A stretch of DNA of 57,686 bases, filler included, from Platydemus manokwari (lineage: Eukaryota), in the NCBI GenBank assembly GCA_037951405.1. It is 5 parts of 5 records of this genome, joined end to end, with 100 filler letters (N's around TTAATTAATTAA, not from the genome) between each part and the next. Parts side by side here need not be neighbours in the genome. Positions count along the whole stretch, not along the records: positions 21,490 to 34,628 come from JBBMOY011825834.1; positions 34,729 to 48,118 come from JBBMOY011743619.1; 3 more parts are not named here. The stretch is one strand, 5' to 3'. A program made the position numbers and the translations under genes. Positions 29,073 to 43,849 of the stretch are shown one piece after another. The notes under the pieces were generated by a model, which saw only the letters and a program-made list of their open reading frames with translations, was not told the origin of the DNA and made no database searches. The first letter of the stretch is position 1. Each line of letters opens with the position of its first letter.

Positions 29073-29998
29073 AGTTAATTAAACAATATCGTGATATATC
29101 CGATGTTAAATCGAAACAAAAAAGACACTAACATGTAATAATTTGTCGAAACGAACGAGATTGATAAATCGAATCGAACTGATTGAGAAATGAAACAATA
29201 ATAACAATAATAGAATGGGATATTAGAATTTATGGTGTATTGAACAGGAGAGAACATTGGTTAGTGTTGACATAGTGAATCACAAATCAATATCTGGCAT
29301 AGAAGATTTGGAGAAGAATGAAAAGTTTTGGAAAAGATTTTGCACAAGGAAAATATGATATTTCATTTCAATTGGTTAATAAAATGCTTATTTATGAAAT
29401 ATATTTACTTTTATATTCATTTGTTAACGTGAAAACATTCTGTTTGAAATAATGTAATAATATTCTCGTTACCGATCGATTTGTTAATTCGTCGTAATAC
29501 TTCTGATGGCAAAATAGTAATATGTATACACATCAAGTAAGTTCAGTTATGATTCGAATATTTATCATTTGTAACAATATCTCAATAAAATGTGAACTTA
29601 TCATGACTGATATATTTCCATAAAACAATGATATCAATTCATATAATTATTCAATGTTGTTTTAATGATTTGATTTTTAGTAGCAATTTTGAAATTCAGA
29701 TTTTTCTGTTCTTAATAAATTCTTTGATATTTATTTTTTTCTGTCGATTATCGATTGGTGTAAATATATTGAAGATTTTTAAATGGTCTTTTCGTCGAAA
29801 TAGAGTATGTGCAGGTGTCGAGTTATAATGGGCTGGTGCACATGTTATTCACATCATTTTGGTTGGCGATATATATATATCATTGTCGAAACATATCAAC
29901 AACATCAGAATTTAAGCAATATATTATGAGCATGAGCATCTGGATGATAATAAAAACATGTATGGAAATATGTTGTACAAAACATAAAAACAATATAC

Positions 29999-30597
29999 CG
30001 CTAAAGGTAAAGAAAACGGTTCTAGAATGAAATTTTAAATTTGTTGAGTGTATTGCAAAATTCTATATAGTTTATTTAATTATATTCTTTAAAAAACATT
30101 TTGAATTTTTTATTTAAGTACTTAGGAAGAATTTTAGTTGTTTAAAATCAAATATTGAATAGAGTAGAGCTTAAAAAATCTTCTAAAATTTGATTATTTT
30201 AAAAAATGAAAAAGTAGGTCGAATTACAATTTATTGAAAATTAGCGATAACCCCTTTTTTTAATATTAGAAACAAATTTAAAGATATTCTCAATTTTTAC
30301 AATTATTTTATAAAAATAACCAATGATATTATTAAGCATGTCTGTAGTTAACTAACTCGATTTATATTTTTAAAAATTTAGATTTAAAAACTCAAATAAT
30401 CATATGGAAGTGTTTTGATTAGAATGGGAACTTGGTTTTAAAACTATATTTTATCCCTATTAGTCATCTTAAAAAATGAGATATTAACTGAATTATACGA
30501 AGAAATCAATCAGTCAGTCATATATAAAATTGTCTGATGCGCGAAAATTCATTATAACGAAAGTAGGTCAAAGGACCCTTTTTCTTAACTTAAGACC
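29999..30597 (+). mobile_element. ~600-bp MITE, copy 2 (just downstream of the LIM exon on the minus strand)
   Basis: Shares blocks with copy 1, e.g. GTATTGCAAAATTCTATATAGTTTATTT, GAATGGGAACTTGGTTTTA and CATTATAACGAAAGTAGGTCAAAGGACCCTTTT. The left inverted repeat is degenerate. Confidence 0.85.
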
Positions 30598-30757
30598 AAT
30601 GTACTACTTTCTATTATTAACCAATTAAAAAGTTATTCTAGTGATGGAAATGTCTATCAGTGATCAATTTATAAATAAAGAGAGAGAGTTATCACTATAT
30701 GTTGAATTTTAAATTATATGATATAATTATATAAATATCATGTCATAAAATTCATAC

Positions 30758-32315
30758 CTCATCACATCCATAGCAACGGTTGTAATTTACTTCTCCATAA
30801 TGTCTCAAGCAATATATTGAAGCTTTTTCATCATTGTAACAGTAATGGAAATCGACTAAATTTTCATTACACGTTCGACATTTGAAACAAGATAGATGCG
30901 AAATGAACAAGGCAGAATGGGTGATTCGAACGCAATATTTATCAGATTCCTTGAATGGTTCCTGGCAATTTGTACAGATCTAGAATCAATTCACAATTGA
31001 CAATAGGAAAACATTATTTATTAACATAAGAATAATATGAGGAGAATATATTTATTTTCAAGGTGGGAATTATGTTGATATGGTGACAATCACAGTAGGA
31101 TTCGTTCATATTAATCGGTATCACATTACACACCTCAAATCTGATAAAAAAATGAATTCGTTCATTGGTTGATTCGAACGCACATTATCTTATTCTGTTA
31201 TCATTCTTAGCCAATAAGCTTGTCTTTTAAACATCGATAATTTTTGTTATAAAATAATAATAACCATTATAAATATTATGATTGTTGGTATTATTTTTAA
31301 TATTATTATCTACATATTCAATCAGTATGATGAACAGAGCATTTTAGTCTTTGATCAACACCGTTTGCATAGAGAAAAATAAATCAATAACGCACATATA
31401 TTTTAAAATAACAGTTAATAATTGCATTTTATCAAAATGTGTCACATAGAAGATCTTTCATGATGATATCTGGCTTAAATAACGCTGAAATAATGTTGCT
31501 TCATGCATTTATTATTTCTTACAATATTTTACATAAATACAGGCTTATACAAGCGGAATAACAGAACAATCTAAAGCAAGGAGGAGCGAGGATTTCAATT
31601 TGGCAAAGTACATGATCACAGGACAACACATACAGGGTGGCTGACCAATCTAAATCATGATAAATCAATAACTCCTACTGGAATCTTGAGAAAAAACAAT
31701 AAATACAATTTCTCGGTTATAAATTACGTTGCAAACATGCTCTGTTGATAGTTAAAGCCATTTGAGAGAATGAATTTCGTCTGTGTTGATTGAAATTTTT
31801 GGAAGCCAATAAACGTTTCAAACACAATCTTCGATATAATTTTTTCAACTATATTAAGAACATAATAAATAAATGGTAATAGCTTCAAAAATTAAAGGTT
31901 TATTCAAGAGGTTTATTATTTTGTTGTATCAACTATTAAAGAGATCTCTGAAAATGTAATAGTCCGCCAGGGGAAAAACATATTAAAGATCCGAGGAAGC
32001 ATTTACAATGTCAAAGCATATACAATTCATTCAACAATACCGAATTATTCGAGAAACAAAAACGGATACCTCTTCCAGATCCACTGGATCTATCTCCCCG
32101 AATCCTAGATGATTTAAATCTCGTTTTTTTTTGAATGCTTGCTCGAATCGTTCGATCAATTTATCATCGGGAAACTTTTCATCTGGATTCAAAGTCCAAT
32201 CTGTCTTGGGTATTTGTGTGAGTACAGTGATTGTTCGGTTCAATCTATTGGTCTCATTGTTTTCCAGAGAATATGAACAACCGATCTGGTCCCAAAGATG
32301 CAAGAAGCCTTTGAT
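30758..32315 (-). CDS. PET + LIM domain protein (prickle/testin/LIMPETin family), two internal exons: 32070-32315 and 30758-30979
   Basis: The first exon (phase 0, AG/GT) reads IKGFLHLWDQ...VLTQIPKTD...ERFEQAFKKKRDLNHLGFGEIDPVDLEE, a PET domain (QLP.HD...F...RK...LG.G). The second reads ICTNCQEPFKESDKYCVRITHSALFISHLSCFKCRTCNENLVDFHYCYNDEKASIYCLRHYGEVNYNRCYGCDE, LIM1 (CxxC...HxxCxxCxxC...CxxH) plus the start of LIM2. The exon end at CDE and LVD.xYC resemble Limpet/LIM-9/LIMPETin. Confidence 0.88.
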
Positions 32316-34628
32316 CTAAAATGAGAAAAACTAAAGTCTCCCAATTATTCAATGAGTTCTAATCAATGTTTGTTGATCTATAAAAGATAAGATAAACAAT
32401 CAAGTAATGAGATATCATAAAATTGATTGAGCACATGGCTATTATAATTGATATATAATCTTCGGTCTCATTACAGTTAAATGATGACATTCATGAGATA
32501 ATATTTTTGTTTTGTGTAGCAATCAATAATAATAATAACAAGCGGTTTGTTAAGCTATTTTTCAATTTATTGATATCGCTTTTAATTTTATTAATATCAT
32601 TATCACTTTGAGGATTAAAATTTAAATTAAATTATTTTAAAATTATTAAAATGATTGTAAAATAATTTAATTTAAAAAAAAAATTAAATTTAATATATTA
32701 TAAAAAATATTTTTAATATATTATATTAAAAATATTTATGTATCTTGGTCAGACATTCATTGTAATCTCTCAAAATTTAAAAACATTAAAATGTGTTAAA
32801 ATAATTTTATATCAATTATTAAAGAAGGAATATTTGTTTAAATAATCTTTATTATGAAATATATTTTTATACATTGAGAATTATGAGTTTTGACTGTAAC
32901 CATAAGTGAAGAGGTGTTAGCAGCTAACAATAACCATTTTTTGTTTCTAAGGTTGACATGTTGATGATTCACTCTATTACTGTCTCGTATATTCCTGATG
33001 TTTTTGAAATTTCATTAAAATTCACTTGTTAGCATAATTTCTGGTCACATATGAATATTTATCTACTTAAGTCATTTCGCTGTTATTTTCATACAATTAA
33101 ACTTCATTATCTCCGAAGCATTTTTGGCCTTTGATTGTATTATTTCAATTGTCAGATTCTTCATCAATAGTGCTCCAACAGTTTTGAAAAATCAATAAAT
33201 TATTTATACAAATTGTGTTACATACCTTTATAAATAAGTTTGTTTAACAGAGGGATAAATAATTAATTACAAACTTGGAACTAAATTGCCTTCAAGTTTT
33301 TAGAACTCGCTTAAACTGATGATAATAATGAATAAAATAATACCAATGACGTTTATATTTAATTTGTTGATTTTGAAAGTCTGGCAGTCGATTATCGTTT
33401 ATTTTGGTGAAGAGATTTAATGCATTTATTCACATATTTTCTATTGTTTAAGTTCAATTAAGAAGGATAAATTTTTACAAAAGGAAAGTTTACATATCGG
33501 ATATTATTTTCAATAAAGTTACGAAATCGATCTTATTCCACGTGATTTTGGAATTTACAAAATTAAATACATTTTTGTTTTTAAATTTTTATAGATTCAT
33601 CATTTATTTTTACAGTAAGGTGATTTCAATTTTCAATTTTTTAAAATTTGTAGCAAATAGAAGTAATTATAGATTTCAATATGATTTCTTTTCCAGACCA
33701 TTTCAGGATCATAATATTTTAATCTTGTTATAGGTTAACTGTATCTTGTTGCTTTGTACGGTCACTGATTTCGATCTTGCCCATGGAAAGGGTATTAATG
33801 AAATCTTTGTTTGGTGTTGCTATTGATTCATATTAACTACGATAAATTTCCGATAATTTGAATGATAACTCAATATTGCTGCTAAAAACCTGATATATGG
33901 AAGTTAGTCTATCAATATCTGATCATTAGCACTGATTATATTGTATTATGTCGAATTGCTAGCGTTAATAATTATCTAACTATTATATATTCATTTTCCA
34001 ATTTACATTGACTTTTCCATTAGGATATTTACACTCTGCTTTCATTATTGTCAATTAAATAATATCATTTCGCTAATTTATAAAGCTGTCCGTAATGTAG
34101 CTGGTTTAGTAATATTTTTCTTTTGTTCACTGCTAGTTTTGGTTCTTTCATTGTATTTATCGTGTTTAAATATTAGATTTATCACATTTTTTATCTCAAG
34201 GCATAAACGATTATTTAAAATGATATTCATTTACCAGTTTGTTCCAAGGATTTTACATACTATTTCCTGTTATTATCATAAACTGTCTAGGATAAATGGG
34301 ATATTTATTTACATATTATTTTAAAAATCATTGTTTATGATCTTTATAATTATTCATCTTTTCAGATTTTAAATTAAGGAACATTTGATAATACAATTTT
34401 ATTAAAAATAAAATAATATATTCCGGTTTAAAAAATATATTTACTAGAACAGAAAAATGTTTTCAATAAGAAGATGAAAATATTTTTCCAAACACATTTT
34501 AATACGATACATACTTATATTGCATCATTATACAATAAATTGTCAATGAATTTGATAACAATATTGTATTTATTCAAGTTTTTAATCAATCAGACTATAT
34601 TGGAGTTGAATTATTTTCTTTTCATTGA

Positions 34629-34728
34629 NNNNNNNNNNNNNNNNNNNNNNNNNNNNNNNNNNNNNNNNNNNNTTAATTAATTAANNNNNNNNNNNNNNNN
34701 NNNNNNNNNNNNNNNNNNNNNNNNNNNN
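34629..34728. other. Artificial contig-joining linker
   Basis: N44-TTAATTAATTAA-N44. Confidence 0.95.
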
Positions 34729-36983
34729 AAGTGATGAATAAAAAGCCAAGGACAGTTATAGAGTATACGAATGAATCTGTCTTTTCGAACAATAAAAAGA
34801 ACAATTATGTTTGAATTATTGCTTATTAGCCATTTATGCCGATATAAATCTGTGATTGATTGATGAATATTGTATGTCACCTGTCGCTTACATTTATCAA
34901 GACTCACTTACATTTGACGAATTGGATGATTCCTATGAATATGAACTTTGTTGACATCGGTCCTAAACTGTATGACAGTCGTGTGCGAAATTTGAAAGTC
35001 ATCAATAGCCATGACCGCGATAATTTTAAGCTTTAAAAATATAAGAAGATTACAAACTCCAACTGAGTTACTGAGTCGAATTTTAAATAATGAAATTTAT
35101 TGACTTACCGATTTGATCAACACGATCCAATCCAACACTACCGTAAATCAAATTGAGATACAATTATCAATAATTAAATTGTCGTGAAGGATATAAAAGT
35201 TTCCTCATTAACACTTCTGAAGTTTTCCAGTTCTTGGTTAGTAAGTACCTGTGATGAATATTATCTGATTTTAGTCTTTCGAAAAGAACGAGTCTTGGTA
35301 ACCAACTGGTTCATAATTCATAATCCTTTGACCATTCTTAATAAATCCCGAAAATTCTTCTAAATAGTTTAGTCAATCTTAAACCCTTCTGACACCGCTA
35401 AATATCGATAAAACTCCAACTAATTAATAATCACAGTCAATTCAAGCTAATCACTACTTAATAGCAACAAGAGATCACCAGTAAATAAATTTCATTATGA
35501 AAATAAGTTATAATGAGTGCTAATAAACTCATCTACAGAAATTATTCGAAATTAAATTTGTTTTTTTCCTATTTTTCTCTGAATCAATTCATAGGTTTCC
35601 AACATCGACATAAGGGCTATAAAGGTTCTCTAAATAAAACCTTTTGAATTTCAATTATTATTAAATAGTTAGACCCATTTATAATCCAATTTAACTCATA
35701 CATGTCGATTAGAACATCGAATTCTCTCAAATTTCATAATTCGTTTATTTGTATTTTTAACTATCAACAGTTCCACAAACATTCACTATAACTCTAGTAA
35801 TTTCATTTGGGTTTCATATCAGCTTATCCGTCACAATTGATAAGTATTTTTTATTATTCATCATAATTTTTGATGTTCGAAACGTTTTCGGATGAATTTT
35901 TACAACACAATCACTCTGACATTCTTCTATTTGAAAATAAACTTAGTTTGTGAAACAAACTCAACGATTGATTTCCAGTTATTATTTAACATTCGCTTAT
36001 TCAAGTCGTCATTCCATCGGATAAATTTTTGTACATCATTTACTGGCTTGATCATCTCAAGAGATTTATTTTGAAAGATAAATGACAAAAAATTATTTAT
36101 TATTCATTTTATTTAAAATATTTTTAAAATATATTTTTAGGATAATAATTCGCTGATCGAATGAATTTCAATCGAAAAATTATCAAAATTAAATAAAATA
36201 GCTCTCTTAGCACATAATTTGAATACCACCGGCATGAAATAAGATATTGTTAACAATTTTTCTTTTTGTAAAATATCCTTAACTGCTTATACTTGAATGA
36301 TAGTTCTCATTGTTCTGTCACGACTGCAGTTCGTTAGATATTTGTTTATCTTTTACCCGAATAAAATCGAAATCATATTTATCGTATTTTTTAATTCGAG
36401 AAAAAAATTATGAAATAAATGGAGTAAGAAATCTTCTTAAAGGAAAAGGAAATGTGAAATTATATATTTCATTATTTAAAACCAGAGTTTATCTGAGATA
36501 GTCATTGGAAAATTAATTTATCAATCCACATCAAAAACTGGTCTATAATTTTGGAAAATAAAATTCTGCTTTCATTAAATTCCAAAATTCGATATCGAAA
36601 ATTTAAACAACGGATTTTGATTCAATTGAATAAATTTTTTTTTATCCCGATGATTGGTGTTTTGTGTAGACATTGATGGAAAACATTGGAACTCAATCAG
36701 ATTTTGAAGTGATGGAAATTTTTTTAAACGTCATTAATATTCTGTTGTCGAATGAGAGAATTTGGTTTGAATTGAACAGGAAAATTATGGGACATGAAAA
36801 TTTTCTGAATTTCTATTGCTTATATTATTAATAGAAAAAAAATCGTTAATTGAGATCCAATGAGTTTGAGAATGAAATAAAACAGAATTGTGAAATCATC
36901 ACAACAATTATCGTAATTATTAGAATATTAAAATTTAACAATTATTATCATTATAGTTAATAATACAAACAAAATAATCTTAC

Positions 36984-39900
36984 TGAACCTATAAATTTTC
37001 CACTTAGTGGATCAAATAGACTGGGTAATACATTTTTCAAATACCAACGAAATGAATGACATTTTAGTTTCCTTCTCAACTTCAATCTTTCAGATATGTC
37101 CCCCATGTCGAATTGCTAAAATTATCATTCATAAATATATATTTTCTTTAAACTTTTCACTCAAATCGACAAACAATTAAATTTCGCCTTTGAAGTGATA
37201 GAGCAATATGAACCATGTTAATCCACAATCAATATTTTCTTACATAAAATGTTTGAAGTCTGTTCAAAGACGTTTTAATTAAATCCGAATTCGTTCCGTA
37301 AGTTCAAAATTATAAGTAGTATTGATTCAATTGATGATTTTCTAAATATCTGTAATCAAATTCAAATCTGATCATTTCGAAAATCAGTTGCAATTTTATA
37401 AATACATTTGATCCCATAAATTTTGTAAAAAAAAATTATCATAAAATTTTAAATAGGTTTTAATATTTTTTTTAATGTTTAAAAATTGCGCTACAAAATT
37501 AAAGATTGCTTGTCAATTAAGCTATGGATTACGTCATTTAAATTACATCTTTCTTATTAGTAAACGCATAGAAGATTTCCTTGTATTCATCCAACCAAAC
37601 TTCTACTAATCGTCTTTGATTAATAGTCAAAATCTTTTCAACGCTTTCCACCCAATTGTATGGTGATTGTTTTCTGAAAACGTGCGCCACTTGTGAACAA
37701 GGAATTACTTCCAAAGTTCCTCCACACATCCATATCTAAAATTGAAATCATCTTAATAACTACAAAATTTAAAACTATTTTAAAATTTCTGAATTTCTTT
37801 AACATTTTATTAATTTTAAAATTTTCAGTTTTAAGCAGTATTTATGCAAATTTCATTGCTCGCATTGAGAATTAAACACATTTTAAAAATTTTCCTTTTC
37901 AATAACTATATTCACAATGAGTCCGTTATTAGGTTATTTTAATATTAATGATAAACATAACATGGTGTTTTATTTCTATTAAAATTGTATTAATATTTAT
38001 ATTTAAAAGAAAAATCCTAACTCTCAATGACATTTCCACATTTTCCGATCCCCATATCTTCATTCCCGGATCGTATGTACCAAGTTCATAAAAGTAAGAT
38101 CTTTTTATGCTGAAAAGACCTCCAGCCATAGCGGGAGTTCTAAAATATTTCAGAGTTTTAAAAAATAAAGATTCATTTTTAATTTCTTTCAATTTAATTG
38201 ATTTACATTTATTATCATTACAAATATAAATTTGATCAATATAAATTAAAGTCTTGATATTAATTTAATTTTGTATTTGTTTGAAAGATTTCATAATTGG
38301 AGGTATCATTTTCGAAACAAAAGTGCATAATATTACTCAACATCAACATAAATGAATCATAATTTTCTTAGCTCGTCATGTGAATATTAAAAGTGAATAA
38401 TATAGTATGCAGTCATTTGTTATCACAACTAATGGAGACTTGCGTAGATCAACGTTTTATGTATACCTGGACGAAAAAGATGGATATTAAAGGATTTTTT
38501 CGAATATACCATTTACTATTGAAATATTGTTTCAGTTTTTATTTAGTTTTATAATTGACTATCAACTACAAAATTGGCTTATGGTTAACGTTTGAATTCA
38601 AAATATGGTGTTTTAACATTGAATGAATCGTTGGAAATTATCTGTGCAATGAAGATATTTTTAAAATTAGGAATTAGTGATGTTGTTTTCGTTGAAAGTC
38701 TTCATGTAAAACGATAAATTTGCTGAAGTTATTTTTTGTGATTTACAAGCATTTCAAATTCATGATTTATCTGAATTTAAGAAATTGGGCGTACACAGTT
38801 ATTAATTTTTTCAGAGACTTGTATTATTTTATCACAATGACCAAAATAAAAACGTTAAATTAACGTAAACATGTATTCATTATTTCGAAAACCTGGACGA
38901 TCTCAAATGTTCTTTATTTTACCTTTTGAAAATTCATTGTTGACATAATTAGAGTCAATTTTACTACAATTAAAATCCAAATTACAATAAATCATGATAT
39001 CTAGAATCAAATCACAAAGATCAAGATGAGAAGGTTGATCGCAAATGATAAAATGTACTTTGTAACATCTAATTAAATAATTTAAACGTTTTTATTAATA
39101 GATTTCCCCCAAGTTTCATTTGGTTATTGCAATTTTCGTTTATATAAAAATTAATTATGACATTATATATATGAAATAAATAATATCCATAATATTATCA
39201 ACATAATTATAATGCTTATAAAATAAACAAGAAATGATATCTAATTTAGTCAAATTAAAAATTCTGAAAATAATAATCCTATTGGAAATTATTTTATTAT
39301 TTATAAGTTAAATAAAGTTTAACCACCGGGAATAGCAATTTTTACGAAAATTCAGCTTTCACAATGCAAACAAATATCGAATAACGTACAGATTTATATT
39401 GTCGTATTAAATCTCAATTTAAGAGAACAATGACAATTCAATACACAAAATATGCTGAATTTTATACATTATATATTATTTATTTATTTACTTCGTTCGA
39501 CCTGTGTTCGCATATTTTTTATTTCAAAAATATTTAACATATTTCTCTTATACATCAGGATAAATGATAATATCGCGGTTCGTTGCAATTATTAGCTTCA
39601 TCTATCACGTCAATTATTGTCGGCATTTAATGATTATATCGGCAAGTAGAAAAACGTGACAAATAAATATAAATTATTATTATTATTATTATTATTATTA
39701 TTTGCTTGTTTTGATAAAGTCACGATTATATTCTTAAATAGTCCCGGATTTCGAAATCGATATATACAGATCTGGAATTTAAAATTTACCTATCAGGGAT
39801 CAGAAAATCACTGATGATCACAAACTTAAAGAATATATTCTAATATTATTTGTTTTAATTATAAGGTAAGATGTATAAATATACTTTATCATTCCTCTTT

Positions 39901-42900
39901 TATATATAAAGGGAACGAGAAAGCAGGTATTCTGATAAATTAAAAATTATTATTATTACGTTTGATTGATTTCGTTTAATAATTATTATTGCGGTTCTAT
40001 ATCTACGTCAATTAAACTATCAATTCCAATTTCTTGAGTTGCATTAAATGTATTTTTGATGGGTCTATCATTCATAACAACACTGATCCTTATTTTGTTT
40101 TTCATAAAGAATTTTGTTAATAAAGAATCTCATTTGATTGTAATATTTTCAGTAATCAATAACTTCTTTCATCATTTTTACCTTTAATAATTTTTACTTA
40201 TTAATATTATTCGGACAGGTCATCTTGTCAGATTATTTTTAATGAATAACAGAGCTTTATGATCTCTTGCTAATGACATTTAAATTCCATCTAGCAAAGA
40301 CGAAACAATAAAATTTTCTTGTTTTGGCTATTTACTTTGATGATAATATTCATATTTTATTAAATATGGATTAAATGGGCTTATGTGGTCAAAGTATAGT
40401 AGTAAAACTTGTTCATTTACTAAATTTAAAAATGGAAACATGCTGTTTTGTTAATCTGAAGTTGTCAATAAACTTCATCTCTAATCATTTCATCAATATC
40501 TGAAATAGATTCATATTTTATCTTATAAATAATCTTTTTGATTTTGATTGCGATCATTTAATTTTGTATCGAATTCCAAAATATGTTTGTCAAATTTACT
40601 ATTTGCTTCGTATAGTATTACATTAATTATTTGTGATTTGTTTTATAAAAATCAAACCCAAACAATCAATTAGATAATTAAAACCACTAGTTGACCTTGT
40701 AAGAAGTACACTGATTAAAAAAAATGGATACTACGATAAATAAATATGATGAATACATGCTGCTGAATATGGATTTAAAAGTGACTTGTCATTGATTACA
40801 TCTGGTCCTTCAAATTGATAGAAAAAACAACAAACTCGATTTATAAAATTACATTAATATCAGAAATAGCAGAGTATTAAATATTTCCATGCTCACCAAA
40901 CTATGACCTGAAAATCGATTTTGTCAAGGAGACTACTAATTTAAATTTAAAGGTTTTGTTATTGTAAAGAAATGTCCCAAATTATATTTTTCCTGTTTTA
41001 TACCAATGATGTAAAATTTAATTTATAATATTAGATGATGTCAGTACAATTTTATCTATCTCTTGTGAAGTTTACTACTTAGCTTATGTTGTCTAGATTT
41101 TTTTCGTTTGTCCTCCTTTTGGTTCTTTTTCTCGATTTGTTCATATTTTTTATGTAATGTAGATTGAATATTATAAATTAAAAATCTTTAAATAAATATG
41201 TTTTGTAACTAATGTAATTTTTAAAATTTTCAATGGCTATTATATTGAAATGATGATTACAATAAAAAAATCCAACTTCAGTTATTATTAAAAGTTTTAC
41301 CAAGAAAGACAGATGAGGTTAAACTTCAATATGAAAAATCGATGGCATAATTCAGTAGAGACAAGTCAGTGAAGCAAAAATACAAAAAAAATAATTATTC
41401 TTAATTAGCATCTTTGATCTATTGCCATCTTTCACAGAAGCAAGAAAGACTGCTGTAAATAATACAAAAGTTTTATTTAAAGAGGCGTTTACTACCAAAA
41501 AAATAAAATTAGATATATATATATATATATATACGTGTGCGTATGTGTGTCTGGAACTACAAGATATGAAACAATTGAAAAGCAAACGCTTCGCAAATTT
41601 CGAAATCCTGGTATATATGGTCTGTAAAGTAGTTTTAGACTTTGAACTAAGTATAAAAATGATATTAAGAATCATTATTCAGAAAAAAATTAGAAATTCG
41701 GTTTAAAAGATTCAACTTTGATAAAACTAATCCACAGAATCAAATGAAATTTGATCACTCACAGAAATTTATTATAACAAAGAACAATCGCCAAACTTTG
41801 AATAGATTATGGTTTTTAATGCAGTTCAAATATCAAATCTTTCTCAGAAGCAGTCGAATCAAACTATGGACAAAATTGAGAGCTGAAAAATATTGTGGTG
41901 GCTGTTAAAAAGAGGAATAGATGTGAGGGAATTTATAAAAAGAGCCAGGAACATAAAATTTGATAAATGTCATATGGACCATGATAATACAATCAGGAAT
42001 GAGTTGCAGAAGAAAGAGATCCGAAATACAAATCAGAGCATTCCGTTTATTTTAGTATCATTGGCAGAAATCAATACAATGAGAAACTTGAGTTAGTAAA
42101 TATTATGTCTATAACTGTTATGGCAGTAACGAGAAAAGTAATTTTAGAAGTTTTAATGAGGAAGTATTTTTGATTTTTGAACACATAGTTTATGTTTCAT
42201 TGAATGTCAACTAAAACAAGGTATTAGTCACAAGTAAAATCGAGAAATATTTTACATTCTGGATGAAAATATGATTCAAACTATGAGAATACATTATCCC
42301 TCGGTTATGTCACAAAAAGCAATTTTGAACAATAATTAAGGAACTTCAGGGTTTTTGCGAGCTTGTTGTTCATTTTAGACAATACCTTTAAAGGTAAGGA
42401 TCGTATATAAAGCAGATCACAAGGCACGGGTTATCAGAATTTGACTTAGAGGCTCTTAGACAACAGCTTCAGACTTGGTTAACTGTACGATCTGAGTATA
42501 ATTTTGAACTGCAATACGGAGGAGACAAACTCAACAACCCAGATTGTATTATATGAAATGCAAAACATTAAATTTACAACGAAATACTAAGTTCGGAAAA
42601 CTCAAAGTAGATTTACCGACAAATAAATATATGGTACAAACATAAAATCTATGGATCATGAAAGACAACAGAAGAACAAAAAAAGTTTATCATTAAAACT
42701 GTGGTATGTTCATTACCATAAAGTTCCAAATTTTAGAAAAACAATTCTCTTAATAATTAACCGATAAAGATCACTTGCTTATATTAGACAGCAGCAATGT
42801 TAATCCTATCGTTGTACCCAGAAACTAAACGATAGAAGTTATTAATAATAAACATATCATTTTGAACTATATATTACGCATGCTAATTTACAAAAAATTA

Positions 42901-43849
42901 ATTTTTATTTCCAGATATTTTTATAGCTATCAATACAACCATACTTTATAAAAACTTGTGTATTTTGAGAAAAAAGAAAAACAGCTCGTAGTCACACAAA
43001 ACCGACTTAGCAAATAGAATAGGCAGATAATTTCTGGAATCAACAGTAGTAAACATGTCCATTTTGAACAAGGTTCGTTAACTCAAAGGGACGTGATGGT
43101 TATTATTAACATATTTTTGTAAACAGATCCGACAGAAAATGTAATGAAAATTTTTTTTTTCATTCTGAATTCTTGGAAATATCATATTTTAGAAAGACGA
43201 AGTATTTTGATCGATCCTCACAAAACAATTTTTATATTATATTAATAAATATTGATATTTTTAGTTTAACAATATTATTATATTTTCAAAATTACATATT
43301 CTGTCAAAAATAAGTCTTTTTTTAAAGCTATATTTTGAAGTCTTCATTATATCCAGATAGGAAAGAGAATTTATTTAAGTAATAATGAGTAATATTATTT
43401 TTTAAAATTCAAAATACTCATTACTTAATCGGAGCATCCAAGGTTAATCTTTTAATATTTAACTGCGAAGGAAACTTCCAATTGAATTGCATAGACCAAT
43501 CAAATACTCCAACAGCGATACTACTTTCACTTATGGAAACGGGTTGGAATGTATCTTCCATAATAGCTCCAATAACTGGGCAAACAACTATTTTGTCATG
43601 TTCTGCAATTCTCGATAATAAAGGCTCTAACCAACCTCCATAAATATTTTAATATTAACATTATAATTTTCAACATATTAAAACCTGGAAAACATTCTAT
43701 GTGCGCATCAAGAAATGTCAAAATTTCTCCAGTTGCTCCTTCAGCTCCGAAAATTCGAGCTTTCATCAATCCTTCACGTGATTCCATTCGTTTAATTTTT
43801 ACAACTTTCAAAAGTTTCATATAAGATTCTAGTGCTGATCCGAGATGCT
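36984..43849 (-). CDS. GALNT: Polypeptide N-acetylgalactosaminyltransferase (GT27), partial; exons 43685-43849, 43425-43635, 38022-38139, 37547-37735, 36984-37115
   Basis: Phase-consistent splicing gives [12 protein letters not shown]...[19 protein letters not shown] (DxH motif), [31 protein letters not shown]...[47 protein letters not shown] and [25 protein letters not shown], the canonical ppGalNAc-T catalytic domain. N-terminal and ricin-lectin exons were not found. Confidence 0.95.
39674..39702. repeat. (TTA)n microsatellite in a GALNT intron
   Basis: About 9 perfect TTA units. Confidence 0.85.
41840..43000 (+). mobile_element. Degenerate Ty3/Gypsy pol relic inside the 5.3-kb GALNT intron (antisense to the host gene)
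   Basis: RNase H motifs RQYL*..SYIKADHKA and [29 protein letters not shown] at ~42378-42550 (consensus RQYL.G..F...TDHK.L; RW...LSEY.F.I.YR.G..N..AD). Boundaries are approximate. Confidence 0.7.

Noticed and set aside
32131-32319. 62-aa plus-strand ORF
   Set aside because: Antisense shadow of the PET exon.
35458-35532. Minus-strand IITYFHNE, resembling the GALNT N-terminal FHNE motif
   Set aside because: It lies downstream of the catalytic exons (wrong order), lacks the following AWS.LLRT motif and hits a stop.
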